Virus record (IMG/VR): IMGVR_UViG_3300045988_076193
Location: 1-42,951 of that record
Reading direction: 5' to 3' (one strand)
Length of the DNA: 42,951 nt
Origin: a virus
The stretch's first letter is position 1. Every line of letters begins with the position of its first letter. Positions 32,601-40,626 of this stretch are shown here, piece by piece. Both the position numbers and the translations under genes were made by a program. Below the pieces are notes generated by a model. The model was not told the DNA's origin. It saw nothing but the letters and a program-made list of their open reading frames with translations, and did not search any database.

Positions 32601-34473
32601 TTGGCCCCAATGCCGCTAGCAAACCTGTTCCGCTCGCTGCGGCTCCGCCCATGGCCGCTCCCATTCCAGAAGCACCATCTGCTGCCGCAGCCGCTGCAGG
32701 TGCAACCTTAAGTGCTTCAAAAGCTGTCTTACTAAACCCAGACTTGAGCACATCCATTGCAGTCCCGCCAATTTTTGCGGCTACGGATGCTCGCCCAATG
32801 ACTCCCGCAATTCCAGATATTCCTTTGCTCAAAGCAGCAACGGGCTTAAGAGCTCCACCGATAAGAGAACTCACTGGCCCTACAACTGCCGCAAACGCTG
32901 CAAATTTGATAATGGTTTGTTGCGTACCGCTGTCCATTTTTGAAAAGGCATTGACAACATCGGTTGCTGTTTTGATAAGAGGAGTCAGCGTCGGTAGAAG
33001 TTTTTGACCTACTTCAATTCCTAAAACATGAATCGACTCTTGAAATCTCTTCAATTTGGCGGCATCCGTATTGTTTAACTGGTTAGCAATTTTGGCAGTT
33101 GTTCCGCTAGCATGCTCAGCTTCACTGGTATATTTGCGTAGCTCACCGCCACCTGCACTAATCAAGGCATTCATGCCGGCTTGCGCTTCAGTGCCAAAAG
33201 CCAACGCTACTGCAGAAGCACGTTGCTGGTCCGTCCACCCCTTAGTGTTATTCTTGATTTTGTCAAGAATCTCTGGAAGAGTTAGCGTTCCTTTTTTGAA
33301 ATCAGCAACAGATATGCCTAATTCACTAAAGCCTTCAATGTTTTGCTTAGAAGGCTTCAACAGTCTTGTTAAAGCACCACGTAATGCTGTGCCAGCAACT
33401 GATCCTTCAATCCCTTTGTTGCTCATAATACCAATAGCAGCCGCTGTTTCTTCGAGTGAAATACCAGCAGCATGAGCAGAAGGGCCGACATATGTCATTG
33501 CCTCGCCCATATCCTGGAATCCTGCTGCAGTAGCGTTCGCAATATAGGTAAGAGCATCTGTAACGCGAGACGTGTTTTTAAGCATGCCCGTTGTTGATTC
33601 TGTCTTTAGACCAAATTGCTCCAAAACGGATGTAGAAACATGCATAACATCGTTGAAGTCATCGCCAGACGCTTTTGCCGCATTGAGAACTGCAGGCATA
33701 GCGCCTAAAGTTTGCGCAGCGGTATAGCCACGTTTGATCATTTCTGACATGCCGTCGTTAATCGCAGCCGTGGAAATGCCATATTCAACCGACCACTTTT
33801 TAGATGCTGATGCTAGTTGATCAAGTTGCGCACGATACTTAGCAGTAATCGCACCCCCATTTGTTAGCAAAGGTCCCATTGCTTGAATTTGGCTGTTGAA
33901 ATCAATAGCAGATTTAGCTGCTGCCACAAACCCAATGGCAATTGGAGCAGTTACCGCCCTTGTCATCGTTGATCCGAAACTGGTTAGTTTAGAGCTTGTC
34001 TTTTCGGTAACAGATGCAAATTTAGAGGCGCCGTTTGATACTTTAGTCCAGCCGTCACTTTGCAGTGCAATCTCTTTGCGTAAGGCCGCCATTCGATTTT
34101 CATTTTGAGCAGCAGCGGCAGCAGTTCGATTATACTGTGATGCAGCATTAGCTTGCAGTTTTGTCGCACGATTAATTTCTTCCTGCGATGCAGTCTCACT
34201 TTTATTAAGTCTTTCAACCGCTTTCGAATTTTCATCATACCGTTCTCGCTGTTTCTGAAGCTGAGCTTGGTAGTTCTTTGACTGGCGGCTCAATGTGTCA
34301 TAGGTTGAACGCATGTTGTTGATAGACTTTTCAGAGCCCTTAAACGCAGCATCTTGAGCCCGCAACTCAGCGGCAGTTGCTTTAATTGAAGAGTTCAAAA
34401 CTCGCTGGCTCACTTGAAACGGATCAATGTTCAAGCTTACGGTGGCCGCAATTTGTCCGAGATTTCCTAACAT
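29611..34473 (-). CDS. Tape measure protein
   Basis: 1620 aa. Contains an Ala/Gly-rich TM block and internal tandem repeats, and lies after the frameshifted chaperone. Confidence 0.95.
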   Translation of the reverse strand: MLGNLGQIAATVSLNIDPFQVSQRVLNSSIKATAAELRAQDAAFKGSEKSINNMRSTYDTLSRQSKNYQAQLQKQRERYDENSKAVERLNKSETASQEEINRATKLQANAASQYNRTAAAAAQNENRMAALRKEIALQSDGWTKVSNGASKFASVTEKTSSKLTSFGSTMTRAVTAPIAIGFVAAAKSAIDFNSQIQAMGPLLTNGGAITAKYRAQLDQLASASKKWSVEYGISTAAINDGMSEMIKRGYTAAQTLGAMPAVLNAAKASGDDFNDVMHVSTSVLEQFGLKTESTTGMLKNTSRVTDALTYIANATAAGFQDMGEAMTYVGPSAHAAGISLEETAAAIGIMSNKGIEGSVAGTALRGALTRLLKPSKQNIEGFSELGISVADFKKGTLTLPEILDKIKNNTKGWTDQQRASAVALAFGTEAQAGMNALISAGGGELRKYTSEAEHASGTTAKIANQLNNTDAAKLKRFQESIHVLGIEVGQKLLPTLTPLIKTATDVVNAFSKMDSGTQQTIIKFAAFAAVVGPVSSLIGGALKPVAALSKGISGIAGVIGRASVAAKIGGTAMDVLKSGFSKTAFEALKVAPAAAAAADGASGMGAAMGGAAASGTGLLAALGPIVPVVLGVTAVVGAGVAIWELWGKKALESADRTSRWGTDIGEAADRSATKMRDASGKISGAFTDTNHTVKENAKTIANSFDDITKAAKESSKNSQTALDKLAKQVGGSAADQIRKDAAEMKKADDARIKQIEANAKQAKSITESASKEHVEFTRDQIQILDNLRKSSAAEAVKTLRISGTQQANVLKAINGEKIRMSQAAAKEQYSQMQQAFADETDTYGKHYAAVKNSAELSTAQKNKDLEKLEKDHQSNMSVIYAGAIQAMKAQGLSNKTIQEQLQTEFGATASQAKKAMSAYSEAMSKGVKDSKQFAAAVNSNMSKSVQKAGNDWNNLVLDPKTGKVVTNLPQVLKDTASTEGGWKRLNFDLKNAKISSNAKQMIVEAMASTDKWNSLTVQEKTALVRASGQKDLANIITEFVSWNKFTPKEQQAIVSGDYTPLVNALVQMGYWNELSLKEQQAIVHDKATLPLIDILTQSGKWQGLTLKQQTALINAKGKDELKDVLFNLGVWQSIDPKDQYTTLKAVGEGKLADMLDQLALWNKITPQQMQAVVKGDYSSLVTAIDEVNGWNQLTPKQMQMIVQDKATATLIQGMIEAQSWNRLSVEAKTALIQAKGKEQLADAVAKFGLWNQLPSKTKELLVNNADARAKLVEAGIDVDAYEAKHPRPKELTANVNDLLTKTSQAKGDLISYDSYKPGMKQFTGDSSNVTQHAEHGKSEVNTFNMTNPLARYFTGDSSNVTAHAEKGKGEVNSFNGTNPSMRYFMGNASSVVGAAGSGKNSIGSFNGTNPGDKYFKGHDNTTGPASAAKRAVSAFGGNEVITKTFNFVANISDSIRRLLHLQHGTNDLRTSSLAMVNDAPGSNYQEPIITPNGHMFMFKERNVVFPLARHSMVIPADKARRMNIPRFAGGTTDFGGAANRINQLNPQTFVTSISSGSNSRVEDLLARLIELTIYQINHTQRTEGKVVLENNREIGKWLYPTINELDKQNTIRERHGRGVY

Positions 34474-34494
34474 GTTTTACCTCCTTTCATAGAA

Positions 34495-35009
34495 CTAGAA
34501 AAGGAACGGAAAGGCCTTGTCGATCGTGGTCTCCCGTTCCTCGTAAATCTGGTTAAGTTTTTCAATATCGCGGAGCGTCATAGCATCAACGTCAGCTAAT
34601 CGGTAGCCTTCAGAGAGCCTTGCTTTGTAGAAGTCGTCAAGGTTGCTAATGGCTTCTTTGACGTCCGCTTCGGTGATTTTTTTGCTGTGTCCTTCTTATC
34701 CTCTTCACCGTCGCTTAGAGAATCACCAATGGCATCATTGATTGAATCCAGCGATTTCAAAGAAATCGAAGAGCCATCAATAACATCATCGGTAGTAAAC
34801 TGGTTTTTCCAGAAATCAACAGCAAATTTGGCTAAGTTTTTCTCGTTCTCATCGTAATCATCGTTTGAAGGGCCATCTTTACGGTTTAGCATGCGCAGCT
34901 GTTGTTGCTGCACTTTCAAGGCGTTCGTAGTATCACGTAATGTTGGCTCTCCATTTCGTGTGAACACGCACGTTTCACCTTTGATATTTAGTTTAATTTG
35001 ATATGCCAT
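34495..35009 (-). CDS. Tail assembly chaperone, -1 frameshifted long form (gpGT analogue)
   Basis: Slip at A_AAA_AAA (34677..34683). The -1 frame stays open for 60 codons (ITEADVKEAISNLDDFYKARLSEGY...) to a TAG at 34495..34497. Confidence 0.75.
34596..35009 (-). CDS. Tail assembly chaperone, short form (gpG analogue)
   Basis: 137 aa from the ATG at 35009 (AAGGAG SD), between the major tail protein and TMP genes. Confidence 0.85.
   Translation of the reverse strand: MAYQIKLNIKGETCVFTRNGEPTLRDTTNALKVQQQQLRMLNRKDGPSNDDYDENEKNLAKFAVDFWKNQFTTDDVIDGSSISLKSLDSINDAIGDSLSDGEEDKKDTAKKSPKRTSKKPLATLTTSTKQGSLKATD
34677..34683 (-). promoter_or_regulatory. Slippery heptamer A_AAA_AAA for the -1 programmed frameshift
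   Basis: Seven consecutive A residues on the coding strand, in X_XXY_YYZ register with the chaperone frame. Confidence 0.75.
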
Positions 35010-35181
35010 GCTTAATCTCCTTAGGTATAAGCCGCCCGCTGTTCGCGTATTGTGCATTTACAAGGCGACGAGTTCATTGCTAAGCCACAGTTCCATCACT
35101 GGAAACGGTGGCAACGGTAAGATCTGACGTTTTGAAAGTAACTTGTTTATTCACGGCATTAGCCGGATCAACTTACACTTT

Positions 35182-35799
35182 TTAGACACCGACACCAACT
35201 GCGGAAATAGTCGCGTCTTTCTCATTCTTAGGGAATACATAGCTGTGGAAGGTATCGAATTTGAATCCATCGTTGTCTTCACGACCAATCAACACAACAT
35301 TGCCGGTATCTTGGTCACCTCGAGGAATAAATGAGCCTTCGATACTGTCAGCACTTGGATCTGGTGTGCCGTCAACAGTCTTGGTATCAACGTTCGGAAG
35401 TGAGAACATTCCCTTGAGCATACCAACCCAAACGTACTTGCCATTTGAAAGCTTCGTGCGGAACAAAGTCGCGACGTAATTAGGGCTAAGATTCTTTGGA
35501 TATACTTCAACCCCATTAACAACCTTAATGCCAAATAAATCAGACTTCATAACGGAATCAACATCGTACATTTCGATTGTTTCGGTTGCTTCCGTGATGC
35601 CACCTGAAAGAATCAAGTACGGGCCGTCATCAGCGGACAGCGTCTTTTGCTCTGTTTTAATATCCAATTTCACGCTAGATAAGCCTTGAATCTTTCGTGT
35701 TTTTTGTACAAAGTCGTCATCACCGACAACCCCGTATTCAAAGGCCGAAGCCCCAAATTTTGCTAACTTCTTATTAGTTGTTACAGCAGTCTCTGCCAT
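35182..35799 (-). CDS. Major tail protein
   Basis: 205 aa in the canonical position upstream of the chaperone and TMP genes. Confidence 0.85.
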   Translation of the reverse strand: MAETAVTTNKKLAKFGASAFEYGVVGDDDFVQKTRKIQGLSSVKLDIKTEQKTLSADDGPYLILSGGITEATETIEMYDVDSVMKSDLFGIKVVNGVEVYPKNLSPNYVATLFRTKLSNGKYVWVGMLKGMFSLPNVDTKTVDGTPDPSADSIEGSFIPRGDQDTGNVVLIGREDNDGFKFDTFHSYVFPKNEKDATISAVGVGV

Positions 35800-35832
35800 A
35801 TTAAAAATCCTCCTTTAGGAAATTAAAAAGGA

Positions 35833-36219
35833 CTAGCCAATCGGCAGTCCTTGAAACTGAAAGTATCCTGTTGTCATGCGAAGGGCTGGGGTATCGCCAT
35901 CAACGTAGGAGTTGCGATAATACCTTTCCCAGCCAGCCGCGTGTAGTGCTTGATATATCTGTGTTTCTATTTTTTCTTGTTGATCCCAGTCAGTGTTATT
36001 CACCCAAAAGTCTACTTGCACTTTCGGATACTCTAATATCCTAGAATCATCAGCATAATCAGCAGCATCACCGGGTAAAGAAGTGATTCTCACCCATGGA
36101 GCTAGACTTTCGGGAGTTACGCTTGTCTGGTTATTGAAGTCTGGGGTACCTATATATACCTTGTCAGCAATATCCAAATTGACTGACAGGATGTCATAAA
36201 CACGTTTTTCAGGTGCCAT
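35833..36219 (-). CDS. Tail terminator/tail completion protein
   Basis: 128 aa. Assigned by gene order. Confidence 0.65.
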   Translation of the reverse strand: MAPEKRVYDILSVNLDIADKVYIGTPDFNNQTSVTPESLAPWVRITSLPGDAADYADDSRILEYPKVQVDFWVNNTDWDQQEKIETQIYQALHAAGWERYYRNSYVDGDTPALRMTTGYFQFQGLPIG

Positions 36220-36605
36220 TACATCCCGCCTTCCTTCAAGTGACTTAGGAAAGTAGCGATAACAACTGGCCGCATGACTTCTTGCGTTTCCTCAATGAAA
36301 TGTTGCGGATCCTGCATTGAAGTGCCCGAGTTTGGAAAGTGAGCACGCCAGCCGGTATCTTTACCATATCCAACGTCTACTTCTGTTACACCACTCGTTT
36401 CACGGACACTTGAAAGCTGAATGTCATTTTTCAAATGCCCGCTCATATCAGTCTCGCCGTCCCACTCAGGCGTATTGCTTTTTAGCTTGTCGGCAAACTT
36501 TTGTGCGCCATCTCGGACAGCCGCTCGAGCTTCTTTTGCAACTCCAAATTGGAGCTTGTTAAGATTAGCAAGCAGTTCAGCATCCCCTGTGACTTTTACG
36601 CCCAT
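36219..36605 (-). CDS. HK97 gp10-family head-tail joining protein
   Basis: 128 aa. Assigned by gene order and a family-like sequence. Confidence 0.7.
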   Translation of the reverse strand: MGVKVTGDAELLANLNKLQFGVAKEARAAVRDGAQKFADKLKSNTPEWDGETDMSGHLKNDIQLSSVRETSGVTEVDVGYGKDTGWRAHFPNSGTSMQDPQHFIEETQEVMRPVVIATFLSHLKEGGM

Positions 36606-36934
36606 CAGCTCACCACCTTTGCCGTAATCGTTGTCAGATCGCGCCTCTCGTAATCAGGATCAAGACCCGTGATTTGATATTCCTTCCCACGCCACTGAAT
36701 TCGCCAAGTTGGTTGGATTTCCTCTGCGGTCAAAAATCGCACTAAAAAAGTTGGGCTGTCTTTGCGAGTGCCCAACTTCGTCTGCGGATCATTTGCTTCT
36801 CTGATTGGTACCTTAGGAACTTCCGCCCAAACCGTCATATGCTTAACGAGCACACCATCAACCGGAACTCCGTTAACCTTTTTTGACTCATAGCTGACGA
36901 ACGCAATTCTTTCAGTCATTCGATTAGTGCGCAT
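36605..36934 (-). CDS. Head closure (head-tail adaptor) protein
   Basis: 109 aa from the ATG at 36934, which overlaps the upstream stop. The family-typical size supports the call. Confidence 0.7.
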   Translation of the reverse strand: MRTNRMTERIAFVSYESKKVNGVPVDGVLVKHMTVWAEVPKVPIREANDPQTKLGTRKDSPTFLVRFLTAEEIQPTWRIQWRGKEYQITGLDPDYERRDLTTITAKVVS

Positions 36935-37271
36935 CAGGATCACCATCCTCTTCCGGCAATTCTGAGCGAAGCTGATTGATGATATTTGTGGTTGATGTTT
37001 GCAACGGAAAGCGCATGACTTCAGCACCCATACCTCTGTAGTCATAGTCTTCCTTGACTTGCTTCATAAGTGCTGTGAAAAAACGGTCACGTACTTCGGG
37101 ATTAGACAGGTAGTCTTCTGGCTTACTACCGGTTTTGATGGCTGCGGACAGCTCCGTACCTGCGTCATTAATTAAAACCTTAAGCATGTCATCTTCAATG
37201 CCCTGATCGACTTTGACATACATCTTCAGCGTTGCAAACTGCTCATCTGTCAGAAGCATATCATCAGCCAT
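36924..37271 (-). CDS. gp6-like head-tail connector protein
   Basis: 115 aa, the first gene after the capsid gene. Confidence 0.75.
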   Translation of the reverse strand: MADDMLLTDEQFATLKMYVKVDQGIEDDMLKVLINDAGTELSAAIKTGSKPEDYLSNPEVRDRFFTALMKQVKEDYDYRGMGAEVMRFPLQTSTTNIINQLRSELPEEDGDPDAH

Positions 37272-37334
37272 TAGCCTTCACCACTCATTCAGTTAGTTTT
37301 GATTCCCCTACTACGGCCTTGTCGGCCTTAGGGG

Positions 37335-38540
37335 TTACTTTTTTGGGGCTGTGTATGTGAGGAAGTAGCCAGCTTTTTGATCAGCAACAGCTACACCAAA
37401 GCGCATGCCAGCTTGTAAATATTGGCCGTAAATCTGATCATCAATCCAGCGAACCATGAAGTCTGCGCGGTTAGCAAACAGAATTGCCCGCTTGATGTCA
37501 CCCAAAAAGGCGTGTGCTTCGCCTGCTGCACCCAAAGTATCATCAGATACAACAATAATCGGCATACCAAGAACGCTCTTGCCAGACGGGGTCAAGATAC
37601 TGTCTTGCAACAAGTAACGGCCATTACCGTCTTTCACCGTATCCAAGAAGTTGTAAAAGCTCTGGGACGCGATGATTGCACGAGAGTACGCAGGGTCCAA
37701 ATCCACGTTGTTGATATGCTTCAAATCATCAATGCTAGAGATCGTCTTGGCAGTGAAGCCTTTCAGCAGAGTTGCAACGGCACTGTTAGTCGTGTTGACC
37801 TTAATTTGTTGTGCGTTCTGGGCAATCAACCCAACCAAATCAATTGCGGAGTCGTCAATAGATTCCTGTGAAACCGGAAGAGCCTGACGATACGTTTCAA
37901 CAGACCAGTCGATCGATTTGAAGTTCGGCTTTGCCATTGCTGGGTTCTTTTCCAACTCGGCAACAGTAGCCATCTTGGTTGTAGCATTTGCAACTGTTGG
38001 GTAAGTACCCTTTTTTGTGGAGGCTTGGAATACGTTCGTGAAAGGTTTCAGATCAACAACAGTCTGCAATTCACGTTGCGGGTTGTTGACAATCGTTTCC
38101 GGAATGGTCGCGGCCGCATCTGTTGACTTAACACCTGCATTTTCAGCATCACTGGCATCGGTAGGACTGCCACGGAAAATTGCAAATTCACCAGCTTCTG
38201 TCTTTTCAAAATTGACGCCATCAGTATTACGACCACGAGTATGCAAATAAGCATTCAGTGCATCGCGATAGCTATGCTCTTCCGGATGATTGGGCTTCTT
38301 CCCACTCGGCTGTTCATTGCCTTTCAACGCAGCCTCGTATAAGTCACGTTTTTCTTCAAGATCTTTGATCTCTTTGCCAGCTTTATCATACTTGGCACGA
38401 ACGCCTTCTGCCTTCTTCAGGTTTTCCTCGGAATCTTCACCTTCAAGTAAAGAACGAAGTTCTGTCTTCATAGCTGGCAACGCTGAACGCTTTTCATCAA
38501 GTTGCTTTTTAACAGCAGCTAATTTTTCATCTAAAGTCAT
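37335..38540 (-). CDS. Major capsid protein, HK97 family with N-terminal delta/scaffold domain
   Basis: 401 aa. It has a coiled-coil N-terminus of about 100 aa and follows the prohead protease gene. Confidence 0.95.
   Translation of the reverse strand: MTLDEKLAAVKKQLDEKRSALPAMKTELRSLLEGEDSEENLKKAEGVRAKYDKAGKEIKDLEEKRDLYEAALKGNEQPSGKKPNHPEEHSYRDALNAYLHTRGRNTDGVNFEKTEAGEFAIFRGSPTDASDAENAGVKSTDAAATIPETIVNNPQRELQTVVDLKPFTNVFQASTKKGTYPTVANATTKMATVAELEKNPAMAKPNFKSIDWSVETYRQALPVSQESIDDSAIDLVGLIAQNAQQIKVNTTNSAVATLLKGFTAKTISSIDDLKHINNVDLDPAYSRAIIASQSFYNFLDTVKDGNGRYLLQDSILTPSGKSVLGMPIIVVSDDTLGAAGEAHAFLGDIKRAILFANRADFMVRWIDDQIYGQYLQAGMRFGVAVADQKAGYFLTYTAPKK
37341..37347 (-). promoter_or_regulatory. Candidate -1 slippery heptamer C_CCA_AAA at the capsid gene end
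   Basis: In-register heptamer, a 6-nt spacer, then the stem-loop CCCCTA..GGCC-gacaa-GGCC..TAGGGG (37305..37334). Confidence 0.4.
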
Positions 38541-38581
38541 CTAGTGACCCTCCTTATTTTTTGTATAAAAATAGGCACCGA

Positions 38582-39193
38582 TTATTCGATGCCCTTGAGC
38601 AATTCCTCTTTATTCAGTTGATAAAGCATCTTGCGCCGCTTAAGTTCCCATTCTGGCGGCTGATCTAGCGCTTTTATCTGTTCCAACGATCGTGCTCCGA
38701 CCTTTACCTCAGTGTCTGGATAAGCAGGTGTTGTCACCGGCGAAACATCAAACAGATGATCAATGTTGTTGATTGTGCGCTCGTATTTAACCCCTCGTTC
38801 GCTTGACTTTTGCCACTTTTGCGCGTCTTTGTCTGGCGCAATCGTAAATGCAAAGCTTGACTGACTGATAATCCCTTGCCGGACGTTTTCTAGTAAGTCA
38901 CGACCGAGTTGTGTATCTGGTGGCGTCAGAGTGTACTTAAGTCCAGTGTCGTCAATGGTCAGTTCCAAATTAACGCCAGTGCGGCCTAACACTTGGTTTT
39001 GATCATGGTTAAATAGCGCCACGACATTGCTCATATCAGCATTGTCGAGCGCATGGCGGTCAATGTGCTCACGAAAACTAAATTCACCGCCGCCCATGAT
39101 TTCAGATTTCCGGTCAAATTTAAGCGCATAACCTTCGATGACAGTTGGATGTTTCTCATCCCCATCACGAATTTGCATGGGTGTCGCTGTCAT
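38582..39193 (-). CDS. HK97-family prohead protease
   Basis: 203 aa from the ATG at 39193 (AAGGAG SD at 6 nt), between the portal and capsid genes. Confidence 0.85.
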   Translation of the reverse strand: MTATPMQIRDGDEKHPTVIEGYALKFDRKSEIMGGGEFSFREHIDRHALDNADMSNVVALFNHDQNQVLGRTGVNLELTIDDTGLKYTLTPPDTQLGRDLLENVRQGIISQSSFAFTIAPDKDAQKWQKSSERGVKYERTINNIDHLFDVSPVTTPAYPDTEVKVGARSLEQIKALDQPPEWELKRRKMLYQLNKEELLKGIE

Positions 39194-40418
39194 TCGCAGC
39201 TCCTTTGTCATTAGCATCACCTCCCTTCAATTGCGATGCGTGTTCAGCTTGATATGCTTCCTTTTGATCAAGGAACACTGTGTTAAGTGTCGACTGAATA
39301 CGATCCATGTTCGGGTCTTTTAACGGTTTCTTTCCAAGCTCCGCACGTCCCTCGTTTCCAGTCCACAGTCCGCCATTAACTGCTGTATTGACGTCAGTAA
39401 TCGGCAATCCGTTTACTGATTTTGTGTCAAAGCCAATGCGATACTGATGGCGCTGGTTGTCATCAAGCAACTTTAGTTCAAACTCGCTTGTAATCGGTTC
39501 AAAGTAAAATGGAAGATCATTGCGAATATAGTCATCAGCAAGCTGCTTAACTGACTGATTGGGACTATTTTGGGCTAATCGATACGCTGGCACCCGTAAA
39601 GCCTTCGCAATCTGCGCTGTTGAATAGTTATTGCTGTTAATCAGATTAAGAACGTTGGTATCAACTTCCAACGGCTGATAATCCATCGTCGCGTCAACTA
39701 TAATTGGCGATCCAGCATCAGCACCTGCCTGTGCCCTTTCAAAATCTTCACGAATCTTCTGGCGTGCTTCGGCAGATAGGCGGCTCTCTTTTGCTTTGAT
39801 AATTGAGCCTTTCAATCCGCTCTTGAAGAACTTTTGAAGCGTGGAAACACCGGATTCTTGAAGTCCAATCTCATCACCTAAGGAAAGTAGCGGCGAGCGG
39901 CCCATGATGGTGTCATATGAAAAGAACTTCCAATGAATAACATCCTCAAAACTGCAAACTTTTTGAACACTTGCGTTGTATGGTGTGAATCGATAGACAA
40001 GATTCTCGGGATCGCTTGTGTCCACCTGCGTCTGTGATGGGGCATAGAACTCAAACATAGCTGGTTCGTTGGTTATCGGATCGCGCACAATCCGCGAATA
40101 AGCATTGCCAGTCAAAATTGCATTGACCATCATGGAAAATTTCCACTGATATGCTGATAAACGTTTGTTAACCTTTGTGTTCATCAGATAATCAATGTCA
40201 GACAAGTCTATCACTTCATCGGTTGAGCTGTCAGTAATCACTAACGGGAACCGGCTAACATCACCTGCGACAATTGAGACAGCTGTCAGCACATCGGAGT
40301 TGCGTAATGCAGAAATACCAAGGTATCCACCTCGAAATGATGGGATTACCCCAGAATCAAGCAAATGATCTGCCCAGTGAGGGTCCACTTCGGTTGCCAA
40401 TCCTCGAAATAGCTTCAT
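39165..40418 (-). CDS. Portal protein, HK97 family
   Basis: 417 aa. GGGAGGTGA SD. Canonical position. Confidence 0.9.
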   Translation of the reverse strand: MKLFRGLATEVDPHWADHLLDSGVIPSFRGGYLGISALRNSDVLTAVSIVAGDVSRFPLVITDSSTDEVIDLSDIDYLMNTKVNKRLSAYQWKFSMMVNAILTGNAYSRIVRDPITNEPAMFEFYAPSQTQVDTSDPENLVYRFTPYNASVQKVCSFEDVIHWKFFSYDTIMGRSPLLSLGDEIGLQESGVSTLQKFFKSGLKGSIIKAKESRLSAEARQKIREDFERAQAGADAGSPIIVDATMDYQPLEVDTNVLNLINSNNYSTAQIAKALRVPAYRLAQNSPNQSVKQLADDYIRNDLPFYFEPITSEFELKLLDDNQRHQYRIGFDTKSVNGLPITDVNTAVNGGLWTGNEGRAELGKKPLKDPNMDRIQSTLNTVFLDQKEAYQAEHASQLKGGDANDKGAANDSDTHANS

Positions 40419-40423
40419 TCATC

Positions 40424-40615
40424 TCACCTCCCTTCGTTATCAGGAAGCAGCAGAATAAAGGCGAGAACAAACAACAAGCCGCCGCAAACCATGAATCCAG
40501 TAGGTCTATTGATCAAAAAAGCCCCATATCCAGCTAAAATGAAGCCTAAAACAGTGGCAATTCCAGCCATATTTGCGCCAAGAATTCTAAAAAAGTTAGC
40601 TAGTTTTCCATTCAC
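40424..40615 (-). CDS. Small membrane protein (63 aa) between terL and portal
   Basis: GTG start after AGGAGGTGA. Two TM segments. Confidence 0.6.
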   Translation of the reverse strand: MNGKLANFFRILGANMAGIATVLGFILAGYGAFLINRPTGFMVCGGLLFVLAFILLLPDNEGR

Positions 40616-40626
40616 GTTCTCACCTC

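Noticed and set aside
32303-33007. 234-aa plus-strand ORF antisense to the tape measure gene (with nearby 84-139-aa antisense ORFs)
   Set aside because: Its Ala/Pro/Ser-rich low-complexity translation mirrors the Ala/Gly-rich TMP segment on the other strand. It has no SD and no independent signal. This is a typical stop-poor antisense frame.
37422-37887. 149-aa and 71-aa plus-strand ORFs antisense to the major capsid gene
   Set aside because: They are nested antisense in a strongly supported structural gene, with no start context.
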